Source of the DNA: Candidatus Zixiibacteriota bacterium
GTDB lineage: Bacteria > Zixibacteria > MSB-5A5 > CAIYYT01
NCBI GenBank assembly: GCA_040235515.1
Contig: JBECKX010000134.1
Coordinates: forward strand, 1 to 43,417
Direction of reading: 5' to 3'
DNA length: 43,417 bases
The position numbers were made by a program, and so were the translations under genes. Below, piece by piece: positions 29,509-38,919 of the stretch. The notes beneath the pieces were generated by a model, which worked only from the letters and a program-made list of their open reading frames with translations, searched no databases and was not told where the DNA came from. The first letter of the stretch is position 1. Every line of letters starts with the position of its first letter.

Positions 29509-29810
29509 GCGGGATAGAACGCATTTTTGTGTGGCGCCAACCGGTCCGGAACACCCCCGACCGAAGCGCGCAGGCTGCCGAAGTAGGTACTGGACTATAG
29601 CTATCTACAAAGGTGACTTGTCCTCCGTCGTTAGCTGACGCCGCTTTCTGTCAGGTTACTTCCACCCCAAGCTTTCAGGCACTCCAGTTACCAAGAATTC
29701 AGGCACCGAAACCGCCGTGTCGTCAGTCTGCCTCGCCTGCGGCGGGTGAGGCGCGAATTCCACGCCCCTTTTCCCTTGAATAAACAGAGGGCGTGAAGTT
29801 AATTGCCGCA

Positions 29811-31709
29811 ATGGCCAGGCAGAAGAAGAACGAGAGGCAAGCAGGTAGTGGTAAGGCTCGCTCGAGAAGTGATCACGGTTGGTTTGCAATAGGCAACGAC
29901 CGCGAACTGGGCGCGCTGCTAATCATCCTCGGAGTCGCAGTTGTGGCGCGCGTGATCTATGCGATGCATCTGCATGACAGCCTCTTCTATGGCTCGTACA
30001 TCAGCGACGCGCAGGTTATGCATGAGTGGGGGCAGAGGATCGCCGCCGGAGTGTTGGGAGATGGACGGCCGTTCTTCCGGGCGCCGCTGTATGGGATATT
30101 CCTCGGCGCGCTCTATGCCATCTTCGGATCATCGCACCTGACTGTTATCATCCCGCAGATGCTGATGGGGCTGGGGATCGCCTACCTCACCTTTATTTAT
30201 GCTCGAAAGCTCTTTGACAGCAATGTCGCGATCGTTGCCGCAGCGATCGCGTCGATTTACCCGACCCTGCTCTATTTCGAAGCTGAACTGCTGATGACCA
30301 CGCTCACGGTCTTCCTGAGCCTGTCTTCATTGATCCTGATGCACAGAGCGCTGGAGGAGCAGTCGCGAAAGAGCCTACTGATTGCCGGGCTGGTGCTCGG
30401 GCTGACGGTGATAACACGTCCTACTTTCCTCTTGATTGCGCCTTTGTTGCCGCTGGCGCTCTACCTGAAGGATGGTCGTCGGCTGCTGAAACCGGCATTG
30501 AACAAGGCGATCGTGTTTGTGGTGGCGTTGCTCATTCCGATTCTGCCGGTTACTCTGTACAACGTGGTCGGTGGGGATGAACTGGTGGCGGTGTCCTCGC
30601 AGTTTGGAGCGAATTTCTACCTGGGCAATTCAAAGACGGCGGATGGCATCACGATCCAGCAATTGGGTGCTGGTACTTCGGCGAATTACTACTACCAGGA
30701 CAATATCCAGTCGATCGACGCAGCGCGTCAACAGACCGGCAGGCAATTGAGCGATTCCGAAGTGTCGGCCTACTGGGCTGGACGGGCAGTGGATGACATC
30801 CTGGATGATCCGCTGCGAGCCATCGGTCTCTACGGCAAAAAGCTCTACCTCTTCTGGCACGGACAGGAGATTTTCAACGTCAAGTCGCTCTACTATGCGG
30901 GGGAATATTCGTGGTTGATGGGGGCACTGATGTGGCGACAGCTGATAAATTTCCCGTCCGGTTTGCTGTTTCCGCTGATGCTGGCGGGCATCTTCATTGC
31001 CTTTCGTAATCGCGTTGTCGTGTTCCTGCCGATCGGGTATCTGGTAGTTTACACACTGGTCGTATCACTTTTCTTTGTCAACGCCCGTTTTCGTCAGCCG
31101 CTGATACCGGTAGCGATTATTTTCGCGGCGGTAGCGCTAGTCTACCTGGTGAGGTATTTCAAGCGCGGGGAGGTGGGAAGAGCCGTGTTGCCGCTGGGGA
31201 TATGCGGCCTCTTTCTGATCGTCCTGAACCTCGGTGGGAATGTCGACTCCAGGGAGAATCTCTCGCAGTACGCCGTGCATATGGGTACACTGGAGTTCTC
31301 AGCGCGTGATTATCCGGCGGCAGCGAAGTACTTCGAGGAGGCGCTCGACTACGTGCCGGGCAACGCGCGGGCATTCTCCAAACTGGCCGCGACCTATTCC
31401 GAGATGCGGCAATTCGACAAGGCGATGGAGGTGCTGGGCAAGGGGATCAACGCCGCGCCCGAGTACGCGCCGCTGTGGAACAATCTGGGTGTTGTGTATG
31501 CGCAGATGGACAATGCTCCGAGGGCCAAGGTGAGTTTCCAGAAGGCGATTGCGATTGATCCGCAGTTTGCCGATGCCCATTTCGGGTTGGCGCAGATCTA
31601 CCAGTTCGAGGGGAAACTCGACTCTGCCAGAGTGGAGTATAGCGAGACGTTGCGATACAATCCGGATCACGCATTTGCGCGGCAGATGTTACAGCGGTTG
31701 CCGAACTAG
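29811..31709 (+). CDS. Polytopic GT-C/PMT-like glycosyltransferase with C-terminal TPR repeats
   Basis: DA..MH.W, PFFRAPLY, many TM helices, TRP, GANFYLGN, RFRQPL; TPRs (WNNLGVVY, AHFGLAQIY). Start may be 29793. Confidence 0.8.
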   Translation: MARQKKNERQAGSGKARSRSDHGWFAIGNDRELGALLIILGVAVVARVIYAMHLHDSLFYGSYISDAQVMHEWGQRIAAGVLGDGRPFFRAPLYGIFLGALYAIFGSSHLTVIIPQMLMGLGIAYLTFIYARKLFDSNVAIVAAAIASIYPTLLYFEAELLMTTLTVFLSLSSLILMHRALEEQSRKSLLIAGLVLGLTVITRPTFLLIAPLLPLALYLKDGRRLLKPALNKAIVFVVALLIPILPVTLYNVVGGDELVAVSSQFGANFYLGNSKTADGITIQQLGAGTSANYYYQDNIQSIDAARQQTGRQLSDSEVSAYWAGRAVDDILDDPLRAIGLYGKKLYLFWHGQEIFNVKSLYYAGEYSWLMGALMWRQLINFPSGLLFPLMLAGIFIAFRNRVVVFLPIGYLVVYTLVVSLFFVNARFRQPLIPVAIIFAAVALVYLVRYFKRGEVGRAVLPLGICGLFLIVLNLGGNVDSRENLSQYAVHMGTLEFSARDYPAAAKYFEEALDYVPGNARAFSKLAATYSEMRQFDKAMEVLGKGINAAPEYAPLWNNLGVVYAQMDNAPRAKVSFQKAIAIDPQFADAHFGLAQIYQFEGKLDSARVEYSETLRYNPDHAFARQMLQRLPN

Positions 31710-31728
31710 ATAGGTTAATCACCAGGGG

Positions 31729-31766
31729 GGAGTGCCCGAAGGCTTCAGTTTCGCACTCCGGGCACT
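31729..31766. other. Inverted repeat between convergent genes (possible bidirectional terminator)
   Basis: AGTGCCCG..CGGGCACT, with alternative GGAGTGC..GCACTCC pairing. Confidence 0.4.
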
Positions 31767-31797
31767 TACGGTCAGGTTGCCAATCTTTGCGACCAGA

Positions 31798-34132
31798 TCA
31801 GAATTCGAATTCGATTCCGAAAATCGGTAGCATGCTCCACTGCAGGACTTCGTCCTGCTTTTTCTCGTGCTGGTTCCAGTAGTAGCCGGCGATGTTCTCG
31901 CGATTGTAGGCGTTCCAGATCGAGAGGTAGACAATCATGTTGGAGTTGGTGAAGTTGAAGCGTCGGTCAGCGGTCAGCGCGAACGTTGAGCGAATGGTAG
32001 TCGGGGAAGCGATCCTCCATCGTGCGTGAGCGGTCGTAGACGGAGCGATTGATCTCCTGCGAAGCTTCGATGTCGAGTGGCGTATAGGGCGCTCCTCCGG
32101 CAAAGACCCAGCGCAGGCTGAATTCCCATTTGTCGTTCGGCTTATAGCCACCCTCGGCACTCAGGATCAGGCGATTGTCGAAGGCGCGATTACGCCAGGT
32201 GCCGTTGAGGTCCTTGTATTGCGAACGGAACCAGGCACCGCTGAGCAGGCCATAGACCCCCTCCTTCAGCTTCTTCTGTATCGATGTCTCGACCCCATAC
32301 GAGCGCGCATTGCCGTCATCCCGCAGGTTCGGATGAAACAGGAAGTACTCGGAGTAGATCATCTCGTCGATAACGAAGACTTCCGGTTGATCGACATCCA
32401 TCGGGAAATTCTCATACCACTTGTAGTAGCCCTCAAGGCGCCAGCGAGTGTCATCGCTGAGCATATGATCGATTCCGAGGATGTAATGATACGCCATCGG
32501 GTCTTTGAGGTTACGGTTACTCTCCTGCTGTGAAAGGAGGACAATCGGCACAGTCTGGCTGTAGATGCCAAAGGCTGCATTGACTTTCGTTTGCTCCGAT
32601 AGCTGATAACTGATGGCGGTGCGTGGAGAGAGACTCGAGTTCTCGGTGTACTCATAGTAGTCATAGCGGGCACCAAGAGTGGCGGTCAGGCGTTGAGTGG
32701 GTTTGAAAATCCAGCTGGCAAACCCGCCTACCCTGGGGGATTCGATCTCGTCCTTAACGGTCACAGATGGGATCGTATCACCGAAGTAGTTGGTGTATTC
32801 GGATAAGTAGAAGTCGTAGCTGTCGAGTTCGTACTTGAGATCCGTCCCGAATTCGATGGCGTTGTGCTCGCTGAGGCGATAGAAGTTGACGTTACGGAGC
32901 TGAGCGGCGCCGTCGAGGTTGTTTGCCTTGACCAGCTCATTGCCGGTAGCACTTTCGAAGTGGTTCGACTTTGCCCTGGTGGCAAGATACGACAGCGAAG
33001 TGTTGGAGTAGCCGCTGTTCCCCCAGAGGTAACGCCAGTTGGTGCCAACGGCATACTCGTAGCCATCTGACCAGCCATCGGTGACGTTGCCCTCCTCGAT
33101 GGCATCCTCGCGCTCGAAATTGATGTAGTCGATTCCCAGCACCCCGAGCAGTGAAAGTTGATGCCGCGCTGAAAGGTCATACACCAGCTTGCCCTGGTAG
33201 TCGGAATAGCGCGGTACGACCCCCGTGCCGATGGCATCCACGAGCAGGTCGAGGTAGCTGCGACGGGCGGAGAGCATCCATGAACCGCGCCCGGCGTTGA
33301 TCGGACCCTCTCCGATTAAACCGAAGCCGGCAAAGTTGAGGTCTGCCTGCAGGTCATACTCGTCACGGTTGCCTTCACGGAAAGAGAGCGCCATCACCGA
33401 AGAGAGCCGGTCACCATACGCCGCGGAGAAGCCGCCGGCGGAGAAGGTGACGTCCTTGATGAAGTCGGTGTTGATCAGGCTGATTGGGCCACCCGAGGTG
33501 CCGAAGAGGGGGTAGTGGTTGATGTTCGGGATCTCGATATTGTCGAGGTAGAAGGAGTTCTCGGTCGGGCTGCCGCCACGCACGATCAGGTTGTTGACCT
33601 GATCATTGACTTTCGCCGTGCTGGGCAAGCTGAACATGATGCGACTGACATCCCCGGCCGAACCGGGTGCGCGTCTGATCTCTTCTGAAGAGAAGCTGTT
33701 GGAGCTGGTGGGTTCGGTCGGGGAGTCGGAGAAATATCCGGCGTCAACCGTGACTCCTTCAACCTCGGTCAGTTTGACGAGAAGCCTCGCTTCGATATTG
33801 GTGGTTCGTCCCGCCCTGATGATCACATCGGTGCGGGTAGTAGGGTCATAGCCGATGCTGTTGACTCGAACCGAGTAGCTGCCCACCGGAAGTGAAGCGA
33901 TGCGGAAGATGCCGCTGTTGTCGGTTGCCGCGCCGCGATCGGTGCCCACCACAAGCACCGAGGCGCCAACGATCGGCGATCCGGTTTCGATATCCAGAAC
34001 AGTCCCTTTCAGTGATCCGATTTTTCGCGACTCCGCCGTTTTGCCGGTCGGTTCTGCACTCGCAAGGTTTGGCGAGTAGAGCATTCCAAACAGGATTATT
34101 AGTATCCCTGTTAGTTTTCCAAGCTTTGTCAT
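31798..34132 (-). pseudogene. TonB-dependent receptor (carboxypeptidase-regulatory-like N-domain, plug, barrel), frameshifted near the C-terminus
   Basis: Start MTKLGKL after GGAGG. Motifs GAATD..G.F.I..LP.G.Y, LIVRGGSPTEN, GGFSAAYGDRLSSV, SARRSY. A 7-bp duplication at 31964-31977 gives an early TGA; the true C-terminus (..LPIFGIEFEF) lies in another frame. Confidence 0.8.
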
Positions 34133-34162
34133 CTGTGTTAGCCTCCAATATCTGCCGTTCAT

Positions 34163-34181
34163 TTACTGACTGTTAGTCAGC
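34163..34181. promoter_or_regulatory. Putative TetR operator 1 (upstream of the receptor)
   Basis: TTACTGACT-gtt-AGTCAG palindrome. Confidence 0.7.
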
Positions 34182-34207
34182 TATGTTTCAAAAAAATATC
34201 TGTCAGG

Positions 34208-34906
34208 TTAGTTTTTCTTTGATTCGGGATTTTCTGCCGGTGCTGAATTGCCGGTACGCGGTTGAACCGGGGCCATTCCACGCTCTACGAGCAGCTCCTT
34301 TGCGGGGTAGAGTTCATCCATCGGAAAATCGAGCAGTTTCAGGAAGTCACCTTTGTTCTTTATCATCCCGATCACGCCGTTGCTGGTTGACCAGAGCAGG
34401 ATCGCATAGAGCCAGGGGTGTAGGTCGTTGGCAATCGAGCCATCCTTATGGCCCAGCTCGATGGCATCGGCGAGGAGTTTCAGCGAGGAGTCCCGAAATG
34501 TGTCGGAGCCGGCCGGCCGCATTTCGTTGGCGATCTCCATAAAGGTTTTCGCGTCCATCGCTTCGACGTAAGACATTGCCTTAAAATAGTTTGGATAGTC
34601 AAATGAGAATTGGTAATAGGCTCTTCCGATTGCGCGCACTTTCTCGAGGCCAGACTTGACGGAGCGGGCGGCCTCGGCAAAACGTTCTTTGAGAATCTCG
34701 CCGGCTTTCATATCGATGGCAAAAAAGAGATGCTCTTTGCTTTTAAAGTAGAGATAGATCGTGCCCTTGCTGACTTCCGCCTTCTCAGCGACATCATCCA
34801 TAGTAGCGTTTTTCAGACCTTTCTCAGCAAAGACCTCCAGCGCCGCCTCCATGATGGCATCAATCCGCTGTTGCTTTTCACGTTCTCTGCGATCAGCGAT
34901 ACCCAT
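34208..34906 (-). CDS. TetR/AcrR family transcriptional regulator
   Basis: MGIADRREREK, AALEVFAEKG..ATMDDVAEKAEVSKGTIYLYFKSKE helix-turn-helix. Confidence 0.95.
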   Translation of the reverse strand: MGIADRREREKQQRIDAIMEAALEVFAEKGLKNATMDDVAEKAEVSKGTIYLYFKSKEHLFFAIDMKAGEILKERFAEAARSVKSGLEKVRAIGRAYYQFSFDYPNYFKAMSYVEAMDAKTFMEIANEMRPAGSDTFRDSSLKLLADAIELGHKDGSIANDLHPWLYAILLWSTSNGVIGMIKNKGDFLKLLDFPMDELYPAKELLVERGMAPVQPRTGNSAPAENPESKKN

Positions 34907-34953
34907 GAGCCTCGGGATCCTACCTTACCTGCTGGATTACACAATGGACCGTA

Positions 34954-34979
34954 TAGTCAGTTACTGACTATCGGTCAGT
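34954..34979. promoter_or_regulatory. Putative TetR operator 2 (autoregulatory)
   Basis: TTACTGAC-tatcg-GTCAGT plus an extra upstream TAGTCAG half-site; lies just downstream of minus-strand TTGACG-16-TAAATT (34990-35017). Confidence 0.7.
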
Positions 34980-35285
34980 TAGCAGTTGGAATTTACTCAA
35001 AAGCGATGCGGCGTCAAGGAGAATTTTGACACGATTATCGCAGCGGACGGAAGCTTCGCGAGTTGCGATAGGAAAAGATGCGGTTCAGTTTCAGATTTTC
35101 TGGGAGCCGCAGTGCGATTCATGACATTCGCGCAACCTGGTTGCCCGATCTGCCGTATTGCGCTACTGGGTGGAGATCACTGCGCTCAGTAGCTCTCCAT
35201 CTCGGAACTGACGGCATGCAGCCGTAGTCTCGCGCAAATATCAGCTGGTTTTTGTCTGAGATTTCAAAGAATCGCAGGAGGTCCT

Positions 35286-37643
35286 ATGAGTCTATCCAGG
35301 ACCGTGGCCAGCTGGTGGAGTTTCCTCCTAACCACGGTAATAATCTTAACGGTCTACTTTGCGGTAGCGGCGGCGACGCCGTTTGAGCCGGTTTTTAACC
35401 CCGCAGTTACAATATCAAAATGCGCAACGAGCATTACGGTAGATGGCAATCTGTCAGCCGGTGAATGGGAGGGCGCGGCGCAGATCTATCACTACGTTGA
35501 ACGCCAGCCGAACGACAACACGAGGCCGGAGGTTCGCACCGAGACCTTCGTGACCTACGACGAGGATAATCTTTACGTGGCATTCATTTGCCACGACGAT
35601 CCTACGTTGTTGCGGGCGACGATGTGTCAGCGCGATCAGTTTAATGGTGATGATGCTGTCTGCGTGTTGCTCGATACGTATGGAGATGCCGCCTGGGCCT
35701 ATGAGTTTTTTGTCAACCCGTACGGAGTCCAGAAGGATTATCTCTGGACCAATGTGCAGGTGGAAGATTCCGGTTTTGATTTGTTGTGGCAGTCGGCCGC
35801 GGTGGTTACCGACTCCGGGTACCAGGTCGAGATGGCGTTACCTTTCTCGAGTATGCGCTTCCCGAGCGGCGACGAGCAGAGCTGGCGGATTGACTTCTGG
35901 CGCAATCGCCCGCGTGAGACATTTCAGCAATACTCGTGGGCGGCGTATGACCGTAACGAGCGTTGCTGGCCATGCCAGTGGGGAACGATCGACGGTATCA
36001 AAGGTGTCAAGGTGCCGAAGGGACTGGAACTGCTCACGACCTATGTAGCTCAGCAGGCGGGGAGCTTGAACAACGGTGGCGACCCACGTTCAGGCATCGA
36101 CAATGGCGACATCCAGGGAGAACCGTCCGTGGGTGCCAAATACACGATAGGTTCAGACATCACGATTGAGGCTACCTACAATCCCGATTTCAGTCAGATC
36201 GAGTCAGATGCGGCCCAGGTGGATGTCAACAGCACGATTGCGCTCTTCTTTCCAGAGCGTCGACCATTCTTCCAGGAGGGGGCGGATGTTTTCCGGACTC
36301 TCTTCAATTCGTTCTACACGCGGACGGTGAATGACCCGCAGTATGCGGCGAAGGTAATCAGCCGCAAGCAGGGACTGACGGTGGGATTCATGTCGGCGCA
36401 GGATGAGAATACGCCTTACATGATTCCGTTGCAGGAGAGATCGATCATACTGAATACCGGTCGAAGTTACATCAATGTGTTGCGGGCATCGAAGCCGATC
36501 GGGGAGTCATCGCAGTTGGGGTTTCTGATCAGCGATCGTCGTTTCGAGGATAATGGCTACGGCTCCATTCTTGCGCTGGATGGAAATGTCAGCCTTTCGA
36601 AGACTGTCTATCTCGATGGCCAGGTGCTGGCGAGTTTCACCGGTGAACCGGATGTTGCCGGCGCCAGTGAGGGGTTGGATGATGTCGAAATCGACCGGGG
36701 AAAATATGACGCCGCCTTCAATGGAGAGTCTTACAACGGCAACGCGTTGATCGTGCGCTTGCGGCGCTCGGCCCGTGGCTGGAGTTTCTTCTCCAACTAT
36801 AGCCAGGTTGAGCCGGGCTATCGAACCGAGTCGGGATATGATCCCTGGGTTGACTATCGTGAGGGTTCATTCTGGACCGGCTATACATTTTACCCGGAAT
36901 CGGGACCATTCCAGCGGATACAGCCACAGTTCTATACCGAGGCACGCTTCCGCTTCGATGGTGTACGGCGCTGGGAGACGCAGCAGGCAAGTCTTTACCT
37001 GCAGACCCGGTTTGCTCAGACCTCGTTTACGCTGCAGGCGCAGAGAGGATCACAACAATGGACCAGTTCGCTCTCAAGCGAATTGCTCAGTTACGATGAC
37101 CTGTTTTCCGGCGGGATCAATATCAGCACACGGCCGACCAACACGTTCGGGGCAAATCTCAGTTTAGGGTTTGATCGGACAGTGGCCCGCTTTGCCGATG
37201 CGGTCGGAGACCAGATCTCAGTGGATGTGGCGGCATCATATAAGCCGGTGGATCGGGTCGTGATTGAGCCGACGCTGGATTTCGTCAGCAGTGATCACCG
37301 GGATGATGGCAATGAGTTGTTCCGCCAGATGATTTTAAGGACGCGCCTTAATGTCCAGGTGACTCGCGAATTGTCGATCAGGTTGGTGGGGCAGTACAAC
37401 AACTCGCGTGCGGCGCTGCTGGTTGGTCGTGATCAGCAGGAGATGCCGGTGTATTATCCCTACAGCAGCAAGCAGTGGGATGTTGACCCGCTGGTGTCGT
37501 ATCAGTTAAGCCCGTTTTCGGTTTTCTACGCGGGCTCGACGTATGACTACAGCTATTTTCCGGCGTCACAGGAGTTTGATAATCAGTGGCGACTCAGTTC
37601 ACGGCAATATTTCGTGAAGCTGCAGCACATGATAAAGATCTAA
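35286..37643 (+). CDS. CBM9-like/DUF5916 outer-membrane-associated protein
   Basis: ITVDG.L..EW, YDEDNLYV, AYEFFVNPYGVQ.D, EMALPFSSMRF, NPDFSQIESD, FFPERRPFFQEG, FYTR; barrel-like C-terminus. Confidence 0.8.
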   Translation: MSLSRTVASWWSFLLTTVIILTVYFAVAAATPFEPVFNPAVTISKCATSITVDGNLSAGEWEGAAQIYHYVERQPNDNTRPEVRTETFVTYDEDNLYVAFICHDDPTLLRATMCQRDQFNGDDAVCVLLDTYGDAAWAYEFFVNPYGVQKDYLWTNVQVEDSGFDLLWQSAAVVTDSGYQVEMALPFSSMRFPSGDEQSWRIDFWRNRPRETFQQYSWAAYDRNERCWPCQWGTIDGIKGVKVPKGLELLTTYVAQQAGSLNNGGDPRSGIDNGDIQGEPSVGAKYTIGSDITIEATYNPDFSQIESDAAQVDVNSTIALFFPERRPFFQEGADVFRTLFNSFYTRTVNDPQYAAKVISRKQGLTVGFMSAQDENTPYMIPLQERSIILNTGRSYINVLRASKPIGESSQLGFLISDRRFEDNGYGSILALDGNVSLSKTVYLDGQVLASFTGEPDVAGASEGLDDVEIDRGKYDAAFNGESYNGNALIVRLRRSARGWSFFSNYSQVEPGYRTESGYDPWVDYREGSFWTGYTFYPESGPFQRIQPQFYTEARFRFDGVRRWETQQASLYLQTRFAQTSFTLQAQRGSQQWTSSLSSELLSYDDLFSGGINISTRPTNTFGANLSLGFDRTVARFADAVGDQISVDVAASYKPVDRVVIEPTLDFVSSDHRDDGNELFRQMILRTRLNVQVTRELSIRLVGQYNNSRAALLVGRDQQEMPVYYPYSSKQWDVDPLVSYQLSPFSVFYAGSTYDYSYFPASQEFDNQWRLSSRQYFVKLQHMIKI

Positions 37644-37656
37644 GCTATCACGAGCA

Positions 37657-37707
37657 GCGTCAGGTCACGCTTCATTCGCCTGCGGCGATTAAACTAAGAC
37701 CTGACGC
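37657..37707. repeat. REP-like nested inverted repeat between convergent genes
   Basis: GCGTCAGGTC..GACCTGACGC enclosing TCGCC-tgc-GGCGA. Confidence 0.5.
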
Positions 37708-37729
37708 AACCAGTTTACGTTCTTGCAAG

Positions 37730-38479
37730 TTAACTCCGCTTGTTCACCACCGTCGCTGATGCCTGTGCGGTTGGGAGGACAACCATCTGTGCGATAGTTA
37801 CATGCTGTGGTTGCGCTGCCACCCAGGCGACCGCTTCGGCGATATCTTCGCCCCTGAGGGGCTGATAACCCTGGTAGACCGTCTCGGCGCGGGCGGTGTC
37901 GCCATAGAAACGAACCTGTGAGAATTCAGTCTCCACCAGTCCGGGATCGATCGTCGACACGCGCACCGGCGACTCCACCAGGTCGAGGAGCATCCCCTTC
38001 GTGATAGCGTCAACGGCGTGCTTGGTGGCACAATAGACGTTGCCACGCGGGTAGACCTCGTGACCGGCGATCGAGCCGATGTTGATCACATGCCCCTTGC
38101 CGCGTTCGACCATTCCGGGTAGCACAGCGCGACTGACGTAAAGTAACCCCTTCACATTCGTATCGATCATCTCATCCCAGCCGTCGGGATTGCCCTCCTG
38201 CAAGCGGTCGAGGCCGCGACTCAAGCCGGCGTTGTTGACCAGCAGGTCGATCGCTTTCCATTCATTCGGCAGGCCGGCGATTGCTTTTTCCACGGCGCTT
38301 CGGTTGCGGACATCGAGCTCGATCAGGTGAGTTTTGACCTTGAGGTCATTGGCCAACTGTTCCAGCCGCGCTTTCCGCCGCGCAGCGAGAATCAGGTTGT
38401 AGTCAGCTTCGGCGAGTTTGCGGGCGATAGCCATACCGATACCGGCGGAAGCGCCGGTTACGAGTGCGATCTTAGACAT
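37730..38479 (-). CDS. NADP-dependent short-chain dehydrogenase (YdfG-like)
   Basis: TGASAGIG, ARR, NNAG, GSIAG, YCATK, PGLVETEFS. Confidence 0.92.
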   Translation of the reverse strand: MSKIALVTGASAGIGMAIARKLAEADYNLILAARRKARLEQLANDLKVKTHLIELDVRNRSAVEKAIAGLPNEWKAIDLLVNNAGLSRGLDRLQEGNPDGWDEMIDTNVKGLLYVSRAVLPGMVERGKGHVINIGSIAGHEVYPRGNVYCATKHAVDAITKGMLLDLVESPVRVSTIDPGLVETEFSQVRFYGDTARAETVYQGYQPLRGEDIAEAVAWVAAQPQHVTIAQMVVLPTAQASATVVNKRS

Positions 38480-38521
38480 ATTTATAATACCTTTCTTGTC
38501 TTTTTTTGAGCATTAACTCCT

Positions 38522-38550
38522 AATATAACACCTCCCAGCCGATTACTCAA
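38522..38550 (-). promoter_or_regulatory. Sigma70 promoter of the SDR gene
   Basis: TTGAGT-17 nt-TATATT with extended TG. Confidence 0.55.
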
Positions 38551-38765
38551 ATGGAGGCTGAAAGAGGAAAGATTATATCATCTTTCTTCGCCAGAGCAAG
38601 AGGAACTAGCGATTTTGTGACGATAGAGGACGTCAATGTCACGAGGATGTCACGGGAGAGCGGACAGTATAAAGTGTTGTACAACAATGGGTTGAACAGG
38701 AACGCCGGCAGCCCGTAGAGAGGGGCTTCCTTCGGGTGGATAAATAGGTATAGAAATCCCTGTTT

Positions 38766-38783
38766 TTGTACCTTTTTTCACAA
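38766..38783 (+). promoter_or_regulatory. Rex-like operator upstream of the hem operon
   Basis: TTGTACC-tttt-TTCACAA matches 11 of 14 positions of TTGTGAA-N4-TTCACAA. Confidence 0.4.
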
Positions 38784-38854
38784 TCTGTGACATTCTGATG
38801 ACAATAGCAGAGTAGTTTCGTTTACTATTGGGGCAATTGAAATTGATGCCTGTA

Positions 38855-38914
38855 GAGAACAGAGTAACGAACAGAGCAACGAACTTAGCTGAGAACTTAG
38901 CAGAGAACAGAGCA
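38855..38914 (+). repeat. Five imperfect 12-bp tandem repeats immediately before hemA
   Basis: GAGAACAGAGTA ACGAACAGAGCA ACGAACTTAGCT GAGAACTTAGCA GAGAACAGAGCA. Confidence 0.85.
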
Positions 38915-38919
38915 AAGCG

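Noticed and set aside
31798..32160. Independent 120-aa gene
   Set aside because: Its C-terminal part is the out-of-frame tail of the TonB-dependent receptor.
35204..35230. ECF-sigma promoter GGAACT-17-GTCT before the DUF5916 gene
   Set aside because: Single short match with no ECF sigma gene in the window to support it.
38855..38914. CRISPR array
   Set aside because: Contiguous 12-bp units with no spacers and no cas genes.
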